Positions 12,701-24,017 of a DNA stretch of 64,000 nucleotides are shown here, in pieces; the first letter of the stretch is position 1, and every line of letters starts with the position of its first letter. The position numbers and the translations under genes were made by a program. The stretch is taken from the NCBI GenBank assembly GCA_002269645.1, contig NIVC01002902.1, forward strand, positions 66,686-130,685, written 5' to 3'. Source of the stretch: Macrostomum lignano (lineage: Eukaryota). The notes beneath the pieces were generated by a model. That model made no database searches. It worked only from the letters and a program-made list of their open reading frames with translations, and was not told the origin of the DNA.

Positions 12701-13385
12701 AGACGTGTACAGTGTGGTGCACCAGTGTGTGAGCGAGCTGCAGTCGGAATCGAGCGACAGAGACATCCTGATGAGGCAGCTCAGTCTCCTGCAAAATAAT
12801 TGGCTGCAGTGGTGCAGGTGCGCCGCCTTGAGCATGACCGCCATGGCGCATTTGAAGTTCGGAGAATCTGAGGAGGCTGAGAGACTCGCGATGGAGCTGC
12901 AGAGACATCAGGTCGAGTCAGGGTTGAAGCCACAAGATATTCAAGGGTCTGAATTCAGCCCAAGAAAATTGCCAAAAGACTCAGACTGGGCGTGGAGGTT
13001 CTGCCTCCCCTGCGACTCTCCGCCTTGCTTCCCATTCCTTCCCGAATTCACGCAGACTCTGTTCACAGCCAGACTGTCGCAGCCTCTCTCCTCCCACCTG
13101 TACGTGAACTTCCGCTGCCTGAGCTGGAGTCTCCAAGCTGAGCTGCTCCGCAATCGCGCACCTGCAATCGCATTCGATCATTGGATTGAGCAGCTGCTTG
13201 GAGACCCGGACTTGGAGGAGCTGCTCACTCTGGCTCACTACAGCGACTGCCGCGAGCACGTGGAGCTCAGCCTGCAGCAGATGGAGATGATCGAGAAAGA
13301 GAGACGCGTCGCCATGGAGACGCAGGACGAGGAGAAGATCGGCTGGGTCAGGCAGAAGCTGGAGAGACTTGATGCAGCAGCTTGA
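6729..13385 (+). CDS. Ankyrin-repeat / Mab-21 (cGAS-like nucleotidyltransferase, cGLR-type) fusion gene, copy A; exons 6729-10072, 10428-10481, 11309-11682, 11962-13385 (~1731 aa)
   Basis: Donors GTGAGT (10073), GTGAGT (10482), GTAAGT (11683) and pyrimidine-rich CAG acceptors (10427, 11308, 11961) give phases 2/2/1 and an unbroken frame. NTase motifs TGSYAEG and DSDID plus QDTCHAI; Mab-21-like LRVSFSFHEK, LKTYHAKTLLF, MPHFF. The codon matching the copy-B ATG is ATA, so the true start is uncertain. Confidence 0.82.
6870..9480 (+). repeat. Coding 99-bp (33-aa) divergent ankyrin-like tandem array, 26 full units plus a partial, with a 990-bp higher-order period
   Basis: Consensus QWEVVKFLVSQVADQANRDRCCIDAAESAARNG; AAxxGHLEVVKFLV matches the ankyrin core. 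Units 2-11 recur as 12-21, and 2-4 as 22-24. Confidence 0.9.
10589..11266. repeat. 50-bp intronic minisatellite (with 35-bp short variants) in intron 2 of ANK-cGLR copy A
   Basis: ctgagtgctgcagcagctgcactctcagctctcctgcttgagatgccagt repeated, e.g. 10681 vs 10731. Confidence 0.95.
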
Positions 13386-13579
13386 GTTTAACTCGTAATT
13401 TTGTAGGCTTCTCTGGCTTTTGCGCGAGTTTGTAAAGAAGTTGTACCGTACATATTGTGTGGCTTTAAATATTGTGTGTACATGCTCATAAATTTTAGGC
13501 ACATACTCCCAGAATCAGCTCAATCAGTCTGAAAATTGATTTCATCACCTACTTTTATTATGCACCCATGTACCCCGCA

Positions 13580-13899
13580 GTGACTGACAGCCTGACAGCT
13601 CCCTCATGAACAATCACTGACTGACAGCCTGACAGCTCTCTCATGAACATTCAGTCACTGACAGGCTGACAGCTCCCTCATGAACATTCAGTGACTGAGA
13701 GCCTGACAGCTCCCTCATGAGCATTCAGTGACTGACAGCCTGACAGCTCCCTCATTAACATTCACTGACTGACAGCCTGACAGCTCCCTCATGAACATTC
13801 AGTGACTGACAGGCTGACAGCTCCCTCATGAACATTCAGTGACTGACAGCCTGACAGCTCCCTCATGAACATTCAGTGACTGACAGCCTGACAGCTCCC
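13580..13899. repeat. 37-bp minisatellite (gtgactgacagcctgacagctccctcatgaacattca)n, ~8.5 units
   Basis: Direct tandem repeat; only one partial unit at the matching site in copy B (~32140). Confidence 0.93.
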
Positions 13900-14438
13900 A
13901 TTGTCTCCCTCCTCTCCTCTCTGCTGAAATCTCCCATTACAATTTGAACCTCATTGGCTCAAATGATAAGCATTGCACTCATCAAATCTCAACCATTTCA
14001 TCTTGTGTATATTAATTATAAACTTCAACTCGCTATTGTTAGTTTTGCCTACAAATATACTCAGCACAAACAATATAACATGGATAGAAAAACAGTTTTC
14101 GCAGTCTGCTACTGTCAGTAGAGTTGAAGACATTCGCAGCCTGAAACAAAGGCCACTGCAGCCTCATCCGGCATGCAGTTTCTAAATCAACATCCAGTGC
14201 GAACTTCAGCCGGCCATCCGGGATACCAGGAGGCTGCTGCAGATCCCCCAAGTCATTGCAATTTGCCTTTCTCGACTCCCCCTCAGGCAGCAGAGATGCC
14301 GCGCACTGATAAGCTGGAGCCGATCATCAGCCAAGGGCCACCACGGGAGCGGGACACGAAGCCCCCCTCTCCCTTCCTTTTGCCCCATCCGATTTCGTCA
14401 CAAATCCTCACCATCATTAGGAGGCTGGTAGGTATTAT

Positions 14439-15302
14439 TCTCCTCTCCTCTCCTCTCCTCTCCTCTCCTCTCCTCTCCTCTCCTCTCCTCTCCTCTCCTC
14501 TCCTCTCCTCTCTTCTCCTCTCCTCTCCTCTCCTCTCCTTTCCTCTCCTCTCCTCTCCTCTTCTCTTCTCTGCTCTGCTCTGCTCTCCTCTCCTATCCTC
14601 TCCTCTCCTCTCCTCTCCTCTCCTCTCCTCTCCTCTCCTCTCCTCTCCTCTCCTCTCCTCTCCTCTCCTCTCCTCTCCTCTCCACTCCTCTCCTCTCCTC
14701 TCCTCTCCTCTCCTTTCCTCTCCTCTCCTCTCCTCTCCTCTCCTATCCTCTCCTCTCCTCTCCTCTCCTCTCCTCTCCTCTCCACTCCTCTCCTCTCCTC
14801 TCCTCTCCTCTCCTCTCCTCTCTTCTCCTCTCCTCTCCTCTCCTCTCCTTTCCTCTCCTCTCCTCTCCTCTTCTCTTCTCTGCTCTGCTCTGCTCTCCTC
14901 TCCTATCCTCTCCTCTCCTCTCCTCTCCTCTCCTCTCCTCTCCTCTCCTCTCCTCTCCTCTCCTCTCCTCTCCTCTCCTCTCCACTCCTCTCCTCTCCTC
15001 TCCTCTCCTCTCCTCTCCTTTCCTCTCCTCTCCTCTCCTCTCCTCTCCTCTCCTATCCTCTCCTCTCCTCTCCTCTCCTCTCCACTCCTCTCCTCTCCTC
15101 TCCTCTCTGCTCCTCTCCTCTTCTCTCCTTTCCTCTCCTCTCCTCTCCTCTCTTCTCTTCTCCTCTTCTCTCCTCTCCTCTTCTCTCCTCTCCTCTCCGC
15201 TCCTCTCCGCTCCTCTCCGCTCCTTTCCTCTCCTCTCCTCTCCTCTCCTCTCCTCTCCTCTCCGCTCCTCTCCTCTCCTCTTCTCTCCTCTCCGCTTCTC
15301 TC
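14439..15302. repeat. (CTCCT)n pentanucleotide microsatellite
   Basis: About 860 bp of CTCCT with point variants. Confidence 0.98.
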
Positions 15303-15686
15303 TATATTGCCTTTTTATAACGTCCTTATCTTCACTCTTATGGCTGAGGCGTGTCTGTCAGTCACGGTTTCTTACATCATCGATCCGTCTCCAAATTTTT
15401 CCAATCCCCCAATTCTCTGGCCGAGTCGCTGACTACGAGTATACCGATGATCTTGCTTCTCTCAATTGCAATTAGTCCCATCTTTCTCCCATGAATTTAA
15501 GCCCTGATCACGAAACAATTGCAGGTTTCGATTTGCAAATCGAATTGAGCTTTGGTCAAATAATACGCGGAGTAGACAGGTCCTTTTATAGGATTCTCCA
15601 AATGCCTCGCCTTGACAATAGCGCGCATTAGCAGTGTTTAGAGTGGATCCGCACTGCCCTGGCAAGTATATTGGAGTTGCATTGAT

Positions 15687-15861
15687 TGAGTTGGATGCAG
15701 CCCAGCCATAGAGTCAGATACAGGTGCAGGTGCAGATGGAGGTTGAGTTGGATGCAGCCCAGCCATAGAGTCAGATACAGGTGCAGGTGCAGATGGAGGT
15801 TGAGTTGTATGCAGCCCAGCCATAGAGTCAGATACAGGTGCAGGCACAGATGGAGGCTGAG
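15687..15861. repeat. 57-bp tandem repeat, 3 units
   Basis: tgagttggatgcagcccagccatagagtcagatacaggtgcaggtgcagatggaggt x3. Confidence 0.9.
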
Positions 15862-16644
15862 CTACTCGTAGATAGGTCCCGTTGCTAGGCGTGATCCGTG
15901 GTCGCTATTGATCGGGTCGCTTTTACAAATACTACACTTCACAACGTCAACAAAACTTGTATCAGACTGCACAAACTCTAACTTTCTCAAGTCATAATTT
16001 CCACATGCCCTAAATTTTGCAACACCTAAAACTGAATGTGAAGGTGAGAAGCAGAGATTTTAGGTTAGTGAAATTTAGGGCTTGTAAAATTTCGAATTCG
16101 TAAATCTGTTCTCCTTTTTGAAACTTTTTACCCATTTAAAGCTACTGAAAGTAGCAAGTCGTAAAACATTACTGCGGCAGTCAGGTTACAGGTTGATAAA
16201 GCTTGAAGATGTTCCCAGCTGACGTCGAATGACGAGACGTCCAACATGCAGCTCTCTAATTAGCTATACTGAGCTCGGTCTGCCAGCGAAGACGTGCCTG
16301 AAAACAATGCTTGTTTTTTAAACCAGAGCGACACTGGAAACACAAAATAACAGCTTCCCGTGAGCTGTCAGCTTTTCGGCTCTCGATTTATCCGTCGCCA
16401 TCTTCTGTCTCTAAATTGAATTTTCTGCCCCTAAATTTCAAGCGGTCGCACAGTGAATTTCAGATTGAGGACAGCAGAGATTAAACAAAAAAGGAAAGAA
16501 AAGACTCGTTTCCAAGGCAACCGGAGAACAATAAATGCGACAAGCACATTATAAATGCATTTACTTTCAAGCGCTCCGAAAGCCGATCCTGACTAATTAA
16601 GCCAGTGAATTTCTGTTTCAAAAGACTCAAAGCACCTTGACGAC

Positions 16645-17409
16645 ATGCGGCTGTCAAACGGTCTCGCTGTTTGCCTCGCCCTGACGTGGGCGAGCCTTCA
16701 AGGCTGCGCGGCTTCCGAGCCCGTCCAGCCACTCGAGTTTCGCTACGTTGGCTGCTATAAAGACGGCGACAGTCGCGATCTCAAAGGACTTTTAGGAATT
16801 TTTCACTATGGCCCCTACGAAATGTCAACATTTTCTCCGGGCTTCGTTGAAGGCCGATTCACAATGACTCTGGAAATGTGCAACCAGATTTGCTCCTACG
16901 GTCGGTTCCGCTACTTCGGAACTCAGTACTTTTACTTCTGCGGCTGCAGCTCATCCATCGGATCCTTCAGCAAAGCGGCAGAGGAGGAATGCGATTCCAG
17001 TTGCCATGGAAACTCGCTGCAGGTGTGCGGCGGCGCAATGAGAAACTCGATTTACGAAGTCACCTACTCACCGAGTAAGATGAGCGGCAGATTCAGTCTG
17101 CTTCAAGTGTTTGAGTCAATCAGTGGTTTTACAAAATTTGATTCCAACCCACCCACAGCTCGATCGAAGCTGACGAAGCTGCCGATTGCGTCCGTTCCCA
17201 GCATCTCCGCCGACTCCTCGTACGGCTCCATCACCCACAGCTCCACGGTGACGGGCACCGCCATCCAGTGCGCTGCCGCCTGCCAGCGCAGCCCGGACTG
17301 CCTTGGCTGCGCCTTCGTGGCCTCGAGCCGCGTGTGCCGCCTGCTGAAGTTCTTCGCTGTGCCCGCCGAGGTGGCCAGTGAAGTTGAGCACGTCTGGATG
17401 AAGCTGTGA
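16645..17409 (+). CDS. Secreted WSC + PAN/apple-like protein, paralog 2 (probable exons 16645-17074, 17159-17409)
   Basis: Signal-like N-terminus, WSC motif (YVGCYKD...MTLEMCNQIC...CHGNSLQVCGG) and C-terminal CAAAC..C..C. A probable 84-bp phase-1 intron (GTAAGA..CACAG) sits at the same position as in the paralogs. Confidence 0.88.
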   Translation: MRLSNGLAVCLALTWASLQGCAASEPVQPLEFRYVGCYKDGDSRDLKGLLGIFHYGPYEMSTFSPGFVEGRFTMTLEMCNQICSYGRFRYFGTQYFYFCGCSSSIGSFSKAAEEECDSSCHGNSLQVCGGAMRNSIYEVTYSPSKMSGRFSLLQVFESISGFTKFDSNPPTARSKLTKLPIASVPSISADSSYGSITHSSTVTGTAIQCAAACQRSPDCLGCAFVASSRVCRLLKFFAVPAEVASEVEHVWMKL

Positions 17410-18330
17410 AGAGAGTAGTAAAAATGAAGGGACGCCGACCGCAGTTACTGGTCTGTTGATATGCGGAAGTTAAAAACTGAATTACGCTCTACTCGTAATT
17501 GTGCTACCATCCTGTTGTTTACGATGGCTATCAGGTCTCCTAAAAATCTGCGGTTCCGATATTCTGGATTTCAAATCAAATAAAAAGTTCGACGCATACA
17601 GTTAAAGACTGTTGAAGCACCTGGCAAACAGCTTTCATTACAGACACAGTTCTCTTATGCATCAAGGAAGGTTTGGAGACTGAATAAATCAACCAAACAT
17701 TTTAGCGGAAACTAAATGACTCCTATCTGTATTAAATCACCTTCCCGTTTAAAACATACTCCTCACTTGAGCAAATCAATTAGACTCTTGAGAGCCTTTT
17801 GCTGCCATTGTTCAATTCGGCGTTAATTGAAGGCGCAAAAAATGCTTTCATGTTGCCATAAATGGTGAGCTCACAATGAACCACTTAAGTAAGCGCATCG
17901 CTTCCTAGAACGCATCATAGCGTTAATTAAAAGTCAATCCCGAAATTAATTTTCATAGATCAGTATCCCAACCGACCCTTCTAAGAGGCCCACCTGTCGG
18001 CTTTGCCTCTAATGGACTGCAGAGGTTGGGCTTTGAGAGACGCATTTTCCTTACTTCAATTTGCCTGCAGTCTCATTGTAGAATGTGCTGAAAATAAATT
18101 CTATCTCGATGAAAACAGCACTTAAGCCAAGAAGCGTCCTAAAGTCACTTGCGTCGAAGCAGAGTCGTTTTAGGGTCGATGCAGGTAACACCGGTAAAAA
18201 AGGAAAGAAGTGACTTTAGACGACTCAAAGCAACAACATACCATGGTACAAGCGTAAGAAGTCGCCAAAAGTTGTCAAAGAGTCGCTAAAGAGTGATTTC
18301 GATGCGTTTTATTGTCTGCGACGCTGAAAC

Positions 18331-21300
18331 GACTTTGGGGCGCTTCTACTCGTATAGTGACTCTGGGGCGCTTCTACTCGTATAGTGACTCACTCTGGGG
18401 CGCTTCTACTCGTATAGTGACTCACTCTGGGGCGCTTCTACTCGTATAGTGACTCACTCTGGGGCGCTTCTACTCGTATAGTGACTCACTCTGGGCGCTT
18501 CTACTCGTATAGTGACTCACTCTGGGGCGCTTATACTCGTATAGTGACTCACTCTGGGGCGCTTCTACTCGTATAGTGACTCACTCTGGGGCGCTTCTAC
18601 TCGTATAGTGACTCACTCTGGGGCGCTTATACTCGTATAGTGACTCACTCTGGGGCGCTTCTACTCGTATAGTGACTCTGGGGCGCTTCTACTCGTATAG
18701 TGACTCTGGGGCGCTTCTACTCGTATAGTGACTCACTCTGGGGCGCTTCTACTCGTATAGTGACTCTGGGGCGCTTCTACTCGTATAGTGACTCACTCTG
18801 GGGCGCTTCTACTCGTATAGTGACTCTGGGGCGCTTCTACTCGTATAGTGATTCTGGGGCGCTTCTACTCGTATAGTGACTCACTCTGGGGCGCTTATAC
18901 TCGTATAGTGACTCACTCTGGGGCGCTTCTACTCGTATAGTGACTCACTCTGGGGCGCTTCTACTCGTATAGTGACTCACTCTGGGGCGCTTCTACTCGT
19001 ATAGTGACTCACTCTGGGGCGCTTCTACTCGTATAGTGACTCACTCTGGGGCGCTTCTACTCGTATAGTGACTCTGGGGCGCTTCTACTCGTATAGTGAC
19101 TCACTCTGGGGCGCTTCTACTCGTATAGTGACTCACTCTGGGGCGCTTCTACTCGTATAGTGACTTTGGGGTGCTTCTACTCGTATAGTGACTCACTCTG
19201 GGGCACTTCTACTCGTAAAGTGACTCTGGGGCGCTTCTACTCGTATAGTGACTCACTCTAGGGCACTTCTACTCGTATAGTGACTCTGGGGCGCTTCTAC
19301 TCGTATAGTGACTCACTCTGGGGCGCTTCTACTCGTATAGTGACTCACTCTGGGGCGCTTCTACTCGTATAGTGACTCTGGGGCGCTTCTACTCGTATAG
19401 AGACTCACTCTGGGGCGCTTCTACTCGTATAGTGACTCTGGGCGCTTCTACTCGTATAGTGACTCTGGGGCGCTTCTACTCGTATAGTGACTCACTCTGG
19501 GGCGCTTCTACTCGTATAGAGACTCTGGGGCGCTTTCTACTCGTATAGTGACTTTGGGGCGCTTCTACTCGTATAGAGACTCACTCTGGGGCGCTTCTAC
19601 TCGTATAGTGACTCACTCTGGGGCGCTTCTACTCGTATAGTGACTCTGGGGCGCTTCTACTCGTATAGTGACTCTGGGGCGCTTCTACTCGTATGGTGAC
19701 TCTGGGGCGCTTCTACTCGTATAGTGACTCACTCTGGGGCGCTTCTACTCGTATAGTGACTCTGGGGCGCTTCTACTCGTATAGTGATTCTGGGGCGCTT
19801 CTACTCGTATAGTGACTCACTCTGGGGCGCTTCTACTCGTATAGTGACTCTGGGGCGCTTCTACTCGTATAGTGATTCTGGGGCGCTTCTACTCGTATAG
19901 TGACTCACTCTGGGGCGCTTATACTCGTATAGTGACTCACTCTGGGGCGCTTCTACTCGTATAGTGACTCACTCTGGGGCGCTTCTACTCGTATAGTGAC
20001 TCACTCTGGGGCGCTTCTACTCGTATAGTGACTCACTCTGGGGCGCTTCTACTCGTATAGTGACTCACTCTGGGGCGCTTCTACTCGTATAGTGACTCTG
20101 GGGCGCTTCTACTCGTATAGTGACTCACTCTGGGGCGCTTCTACTCGTATAGTGACTCACTCTGGGGCGCTTCTACTCGTATAGTGACTTTGGGGTGCTT
20201 CTACTCGTATAGTGACTCACTCTGGGGCACTTCTACTCGTAAAGTGACTCTGGGGCGCTTCTACTCGTATAGTGACTCACTCTAGGGCACTTCTACTCGT
20301 ATAGTGACTCTGGGGCGCTTCTACTCGTATAGTGACTCACTCTGGGGCGCTTCTACTCGTATAGTGACTCACTCTGGGGCGCTTCTACTCGTATAGTGAC
20401 TCTGGGGCGCTTCTACTCGTATAGAGACTCACTCTGGGGCGCTTCTACTCGTATAGTGACTCTGGGGCGCTTCTACTCGTATAGTGACTCTGGGGCGCTT
20501 CTACTCGTATAGTGACTCACTCTGGGGCGCTTCTACTCGTATAGAGACTCTGGGGCGCTTTCTACTCGTATAGTGACTTTGGGGCGCTTCTACTCGTATA
20601 GAGACTCACTCTGGGGCGCTTCTACTCGTATAGTGACTCACTCTGGGGCGCTTCTACTCGTATAGTGACTCTGGGGCGCTTCTACTCGTATAGTGACTCT
20701 GGGGCGCTTCTACTCGTATGGTGACTCTGGGGCGCTTCTACTCGTATAGTGACTCACTCTGGGGCGCTTCTACTCGTATAGTGACTCTGGGGCGCTTCTA
20801 CTCGTATAGTGATTCTGGGGCGCTTCTACTCGTATAGTGACTCACTCTGGGGCGCTTCTACTCGTATAGTGACTCACTCTGGGGCGCTTCTACTCGTATA
20901 GTGACTCACTCTGGGGCGCTTCTACTCGTATAGTGACTCACTCTGGGGCGCTTCTACTCGTATAGTGACTCTGGGGTGCTTCTACTCGTATAGTGACTCA
21001 CTCTGGGGCACTTCTACTCGTAAAGTGACTCTGGGGCGCTTCTACTCGTATAGTGACTCACTCTAGGGCACTTCTACTCGTATAGTGACTCTGGGGCGCT
21101 TCTACTCGTATAGTGACTCACTCTAGGGCACTTCTACTCGTATAGTGACTCTGGGGCGCTTCTACTCGTATAGTGACTCTGGGGCGCTTCTACTCGTATA
21201 GTGACTCTGGGGCGCTTCTACTCGTATAGTGACTCTGGGGCGCTTCTACTCGTATGGTGACTCTGGGGCGCTTCTACTCGTATAGAGACTCACTCTGGGG

Positions 21301-21840
21301 CGCTTCTACTCGTATAGTGACTCTGGGGCGCTTCTACTCGTATAGTGACTCTGGGGCGCTTCTACTCGTATGGTGACTCTGGGGCGCTTCTACTCGTATA
21401 GAGACTCACTCTGGGGCGCTTCTACTCGTATAGTGACTCTGGGGCGCTTCTACTCGTATAGTGACTCTGGGGCGCTTCTACTCGCATAGAGACTCACTCT
21501 GGGGCGCTTCTACTCGTATAGTGACTCACTCTGGGGCGCTTCTACTCGTATAGTGACTCACTCTGGGGCGCTTCTACTCGTATAGAGACTATGGGGCGCT
21601 TCTACTCGTATAGTGACTCACTCTGGGGCGCTTCTACTCGTATAGAGACTCTGGGGCGCTTCTACTCGTATAGTGACTCTGGGGCGCTTCTACTCGTATA
21701 GTGACTCACTCTGGGGCGCTTCTACTCGTATAGAGACTCTGGGGCGCTTCTACTCGTATAGTGACTCTGGGGCGCTTCTACTCGTATAGTGACTCACTCT
21801 GGGGCGCTTCTACTCGTATAGTGACTCACTCTGGGGCGCT
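18331..21840. repeat. 28/32-bp minisatellite (tgact[cact]ctggggcgcttctactcgtatag-type), ~3.5 kb
   Basis: Two unit lengths differing by a 4-bp insert; rare variant units recur with ~1024-bp spacing (19165 vs 20189). Confidence 0.97.
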
Positions 21841-22582
21841 GCGGTCACTGCGGTTCCGCATGCTCTATCCGAGGAGAACAAGACTGCCCGCATCAATTGT
21901 GCCAAGCAAATTCGCAGGCTTTTTTACAACGAGGGGTGGAAAACTTTTGCGACAAGTACGTGGTGGAAGATGAGACGTGGGTGTACCTGAACAACACTGG
22001 CACAAAGCAAAACAACTGGTGCTGGCTTGGCCAAGGAGATCATCGGCCCCAGGTTGTCAGGCACTCGGTCGGGAATGCAAAGACAATGCTTCTGGTTGCT
22101 TTCACTCCAAGCAAGCGCTTCTCCATTGAATCCACAGCCCCGAAGCAAACTGTTGATGCAGATGGCATAGTTGAATTCATTCGGCACACGGGAGACCTAT
22201 GGCGTACTCTGAGGTCAAAGCCAATTCACCTGTCGGATGTTCTTTGGCAGTGGGACAATGCGCGACCTCACGTAGCCCGTTCTGTGCAGCAGTACGTGGA
22301 GTCCCGTGGAGTTCAGCTGGTGTTTCAGAGTCCTTACAACCCAGACTTCAATCTGTGCGACCGTTTTTTGTTCAGTTGGATGAAGAATGATTTCTCCAGG
22401 CGAGTATTCAGCGACCACAATGAATTTCGAGAAGCTGCGTTGCAGTGGGCAAGAGGCCTTGACGAAGATTGCTTAAAAAGAGAGGTTCAGCGACTCGTTG
22501 ACCATTGCCAAGCTGTAATCAATGCAAGGGGAGATTACATTACCAAGGGGACTTACATTTTTTACTTGAAAAGTAGTTGCTA
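21841..22582 (+). mobile_element. 5'-truncated mariner (DD34D) transposase remnant
   Basis: VPHAL in one frame, then a frameshift at a T-run to DETWVY, WDNARPH and SPYNPDFNLCD (34 residues between the second and third D), ending at GDY. The N-terminal part is absent. Right boundary approximate. Confidence 0.85.
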
Positions 22583-23704
22583 TCTGGATACGACTCAGCA
22601 AATACATTTTTCTAAATACGCCAACCCTCCCGACTGTCTCTGGAACAATGACCCTCTGCTTTCTTCAACTCCTCTTTTAGAGCTCCCATCATATTCTCTT
22701 TTAACTTTTAACAGGACACTTTTTCTTGGCCCGGCTCTCCGTGGGAAGAATCTGCTGCTGCACTGGTGGGTTGGGGATTCAAAGCCTCACTTGGCCTCAG
22801 AGCATCTCTTTCGTCCGTGATCTCGTCTCTTGGAGAACAAGGACTTTTGGCTTTCCCAATGGGGGAAACAGTAAGCCCAGCACTGTTTGGGCCGATTGCC
22901 GGATTAATAGACAAATTATACCTGTGCTGTCAGCTTCGAGATAAAATAATCATGGATAAGTCTCATTTTATAGTAACACATTTGGTATTTGAGTCCATGA
23001 GGCTGCTGTAAGCCAATTTGCTTGACAACTGGAACTGAGGAAACCACGGTAATAAGCTTTTGAGTCAGCAATATGGCAGCAGTTGGCTTGTCTACTCATT
23101 CCTTTCTCTATTAGCTCAGAGCTGCTTGTCTGTGTGAAGTCTTTTGTTACCTTTTGCCTCTCATTACTTGCTTGACTGGCTGAAAACATAGCTTACTCGT
23201 ATGCGAACCAAGGACTACTCAAGCATCTCAAGCAGCGGCAGAAGCCCCCGCACAAGACAACAACAGCTCAAATAATCTATAAGCTACTTGGCTCCTTCTT
23301 AGCTTCTAAAACTCAAAAAACAATGGAATCATGCGGCTGTCACTCAATCCCAACTTCCTCAGCCTCAAGGATCAGCCATTGTGTGAGCAGCTCCTTCACT
23401 TAGCTGTGAGGGGCTCAACAGCAGTGCAGATGCAATGCGTCTCTCTGCAAGCTGCAACTCAAGAAAAACCAATGCTGGTTCGTAAACTGCTGTTCGGTGC
23501 ATCTTTAGCGGCTGCAACTCCATCACCGGATGCTGGCAGGCGAACGCGGCCTCGATTCGCGCCCAAGCCCAGAAACGCACCTTAATGACGCTGTTTTAAA
23601 AGACCTGACGCATACTGTATTGTTTGTATTATTATTGTAGCTTTACAGGCTTTAGGCAACTGCGTGGGCTTTCTGATTACTTGAGTGTTACTGGGCAATT
23701 GTCA

Positions 23705-24017
23705 TGCATTGGTCACTGCAGGCATTGGTCACTGCAGGCATTGGTCACTGCAGGCAATGGTCACTGCAGGTATCGGTCACTGCAGGCATTGGTCACTGCA
23801 GGCATTAGTCACTGCAGACAATGGTCACTGCAGGCAATGGTCACTGCAGGCAATGGTCACTGCAGGCAATGGTCACTGCAGGCAATGGTCACTGCAGGCA
23901 ATGGTCACTGCAGGCATTGGTCACTGCAGGTATCGGTCACTGCAGGCATTGGTCACTGCAGGCATTGGTCACTGCAGGCAATGGTCACTGCAGGCATTGG
24001 TCACTGCAGGCAATGGT
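23705..24017. repeat. 16-bp minisatellite, copy B (~19 units)
   Basis: Same unit as 1505-2073. Confidence 0.95.

Larger units (their letters stand above)
724..13920 (+). repeat. Segmental duplication copy A (16-mer minisatellite, WSC-PAN gene, 31-mer minisatellite, ANK-cGLR gene)
   Basis: Colinear near-identity to 22999-32180, starting at gctgtaagccaatttgcttgac (729 vs 23005). About 4500-5900 is not shared with copy B. Confidence 0.92.

Noticed and set aside
14173-15432. 419-aa ORF with SSPLL repeats
   Set aside because: Mostly a translation of the (CTCCT)n microsatellite; the unique 5' part has no motif I recognise.
18331-21840. CRISPR array or phage T7 promoter repeats (GACTCACT, TATAGTGA)
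   Set aside because: No unique spacers, eukaryotic context, and only a short partial match to the T7 promoter.
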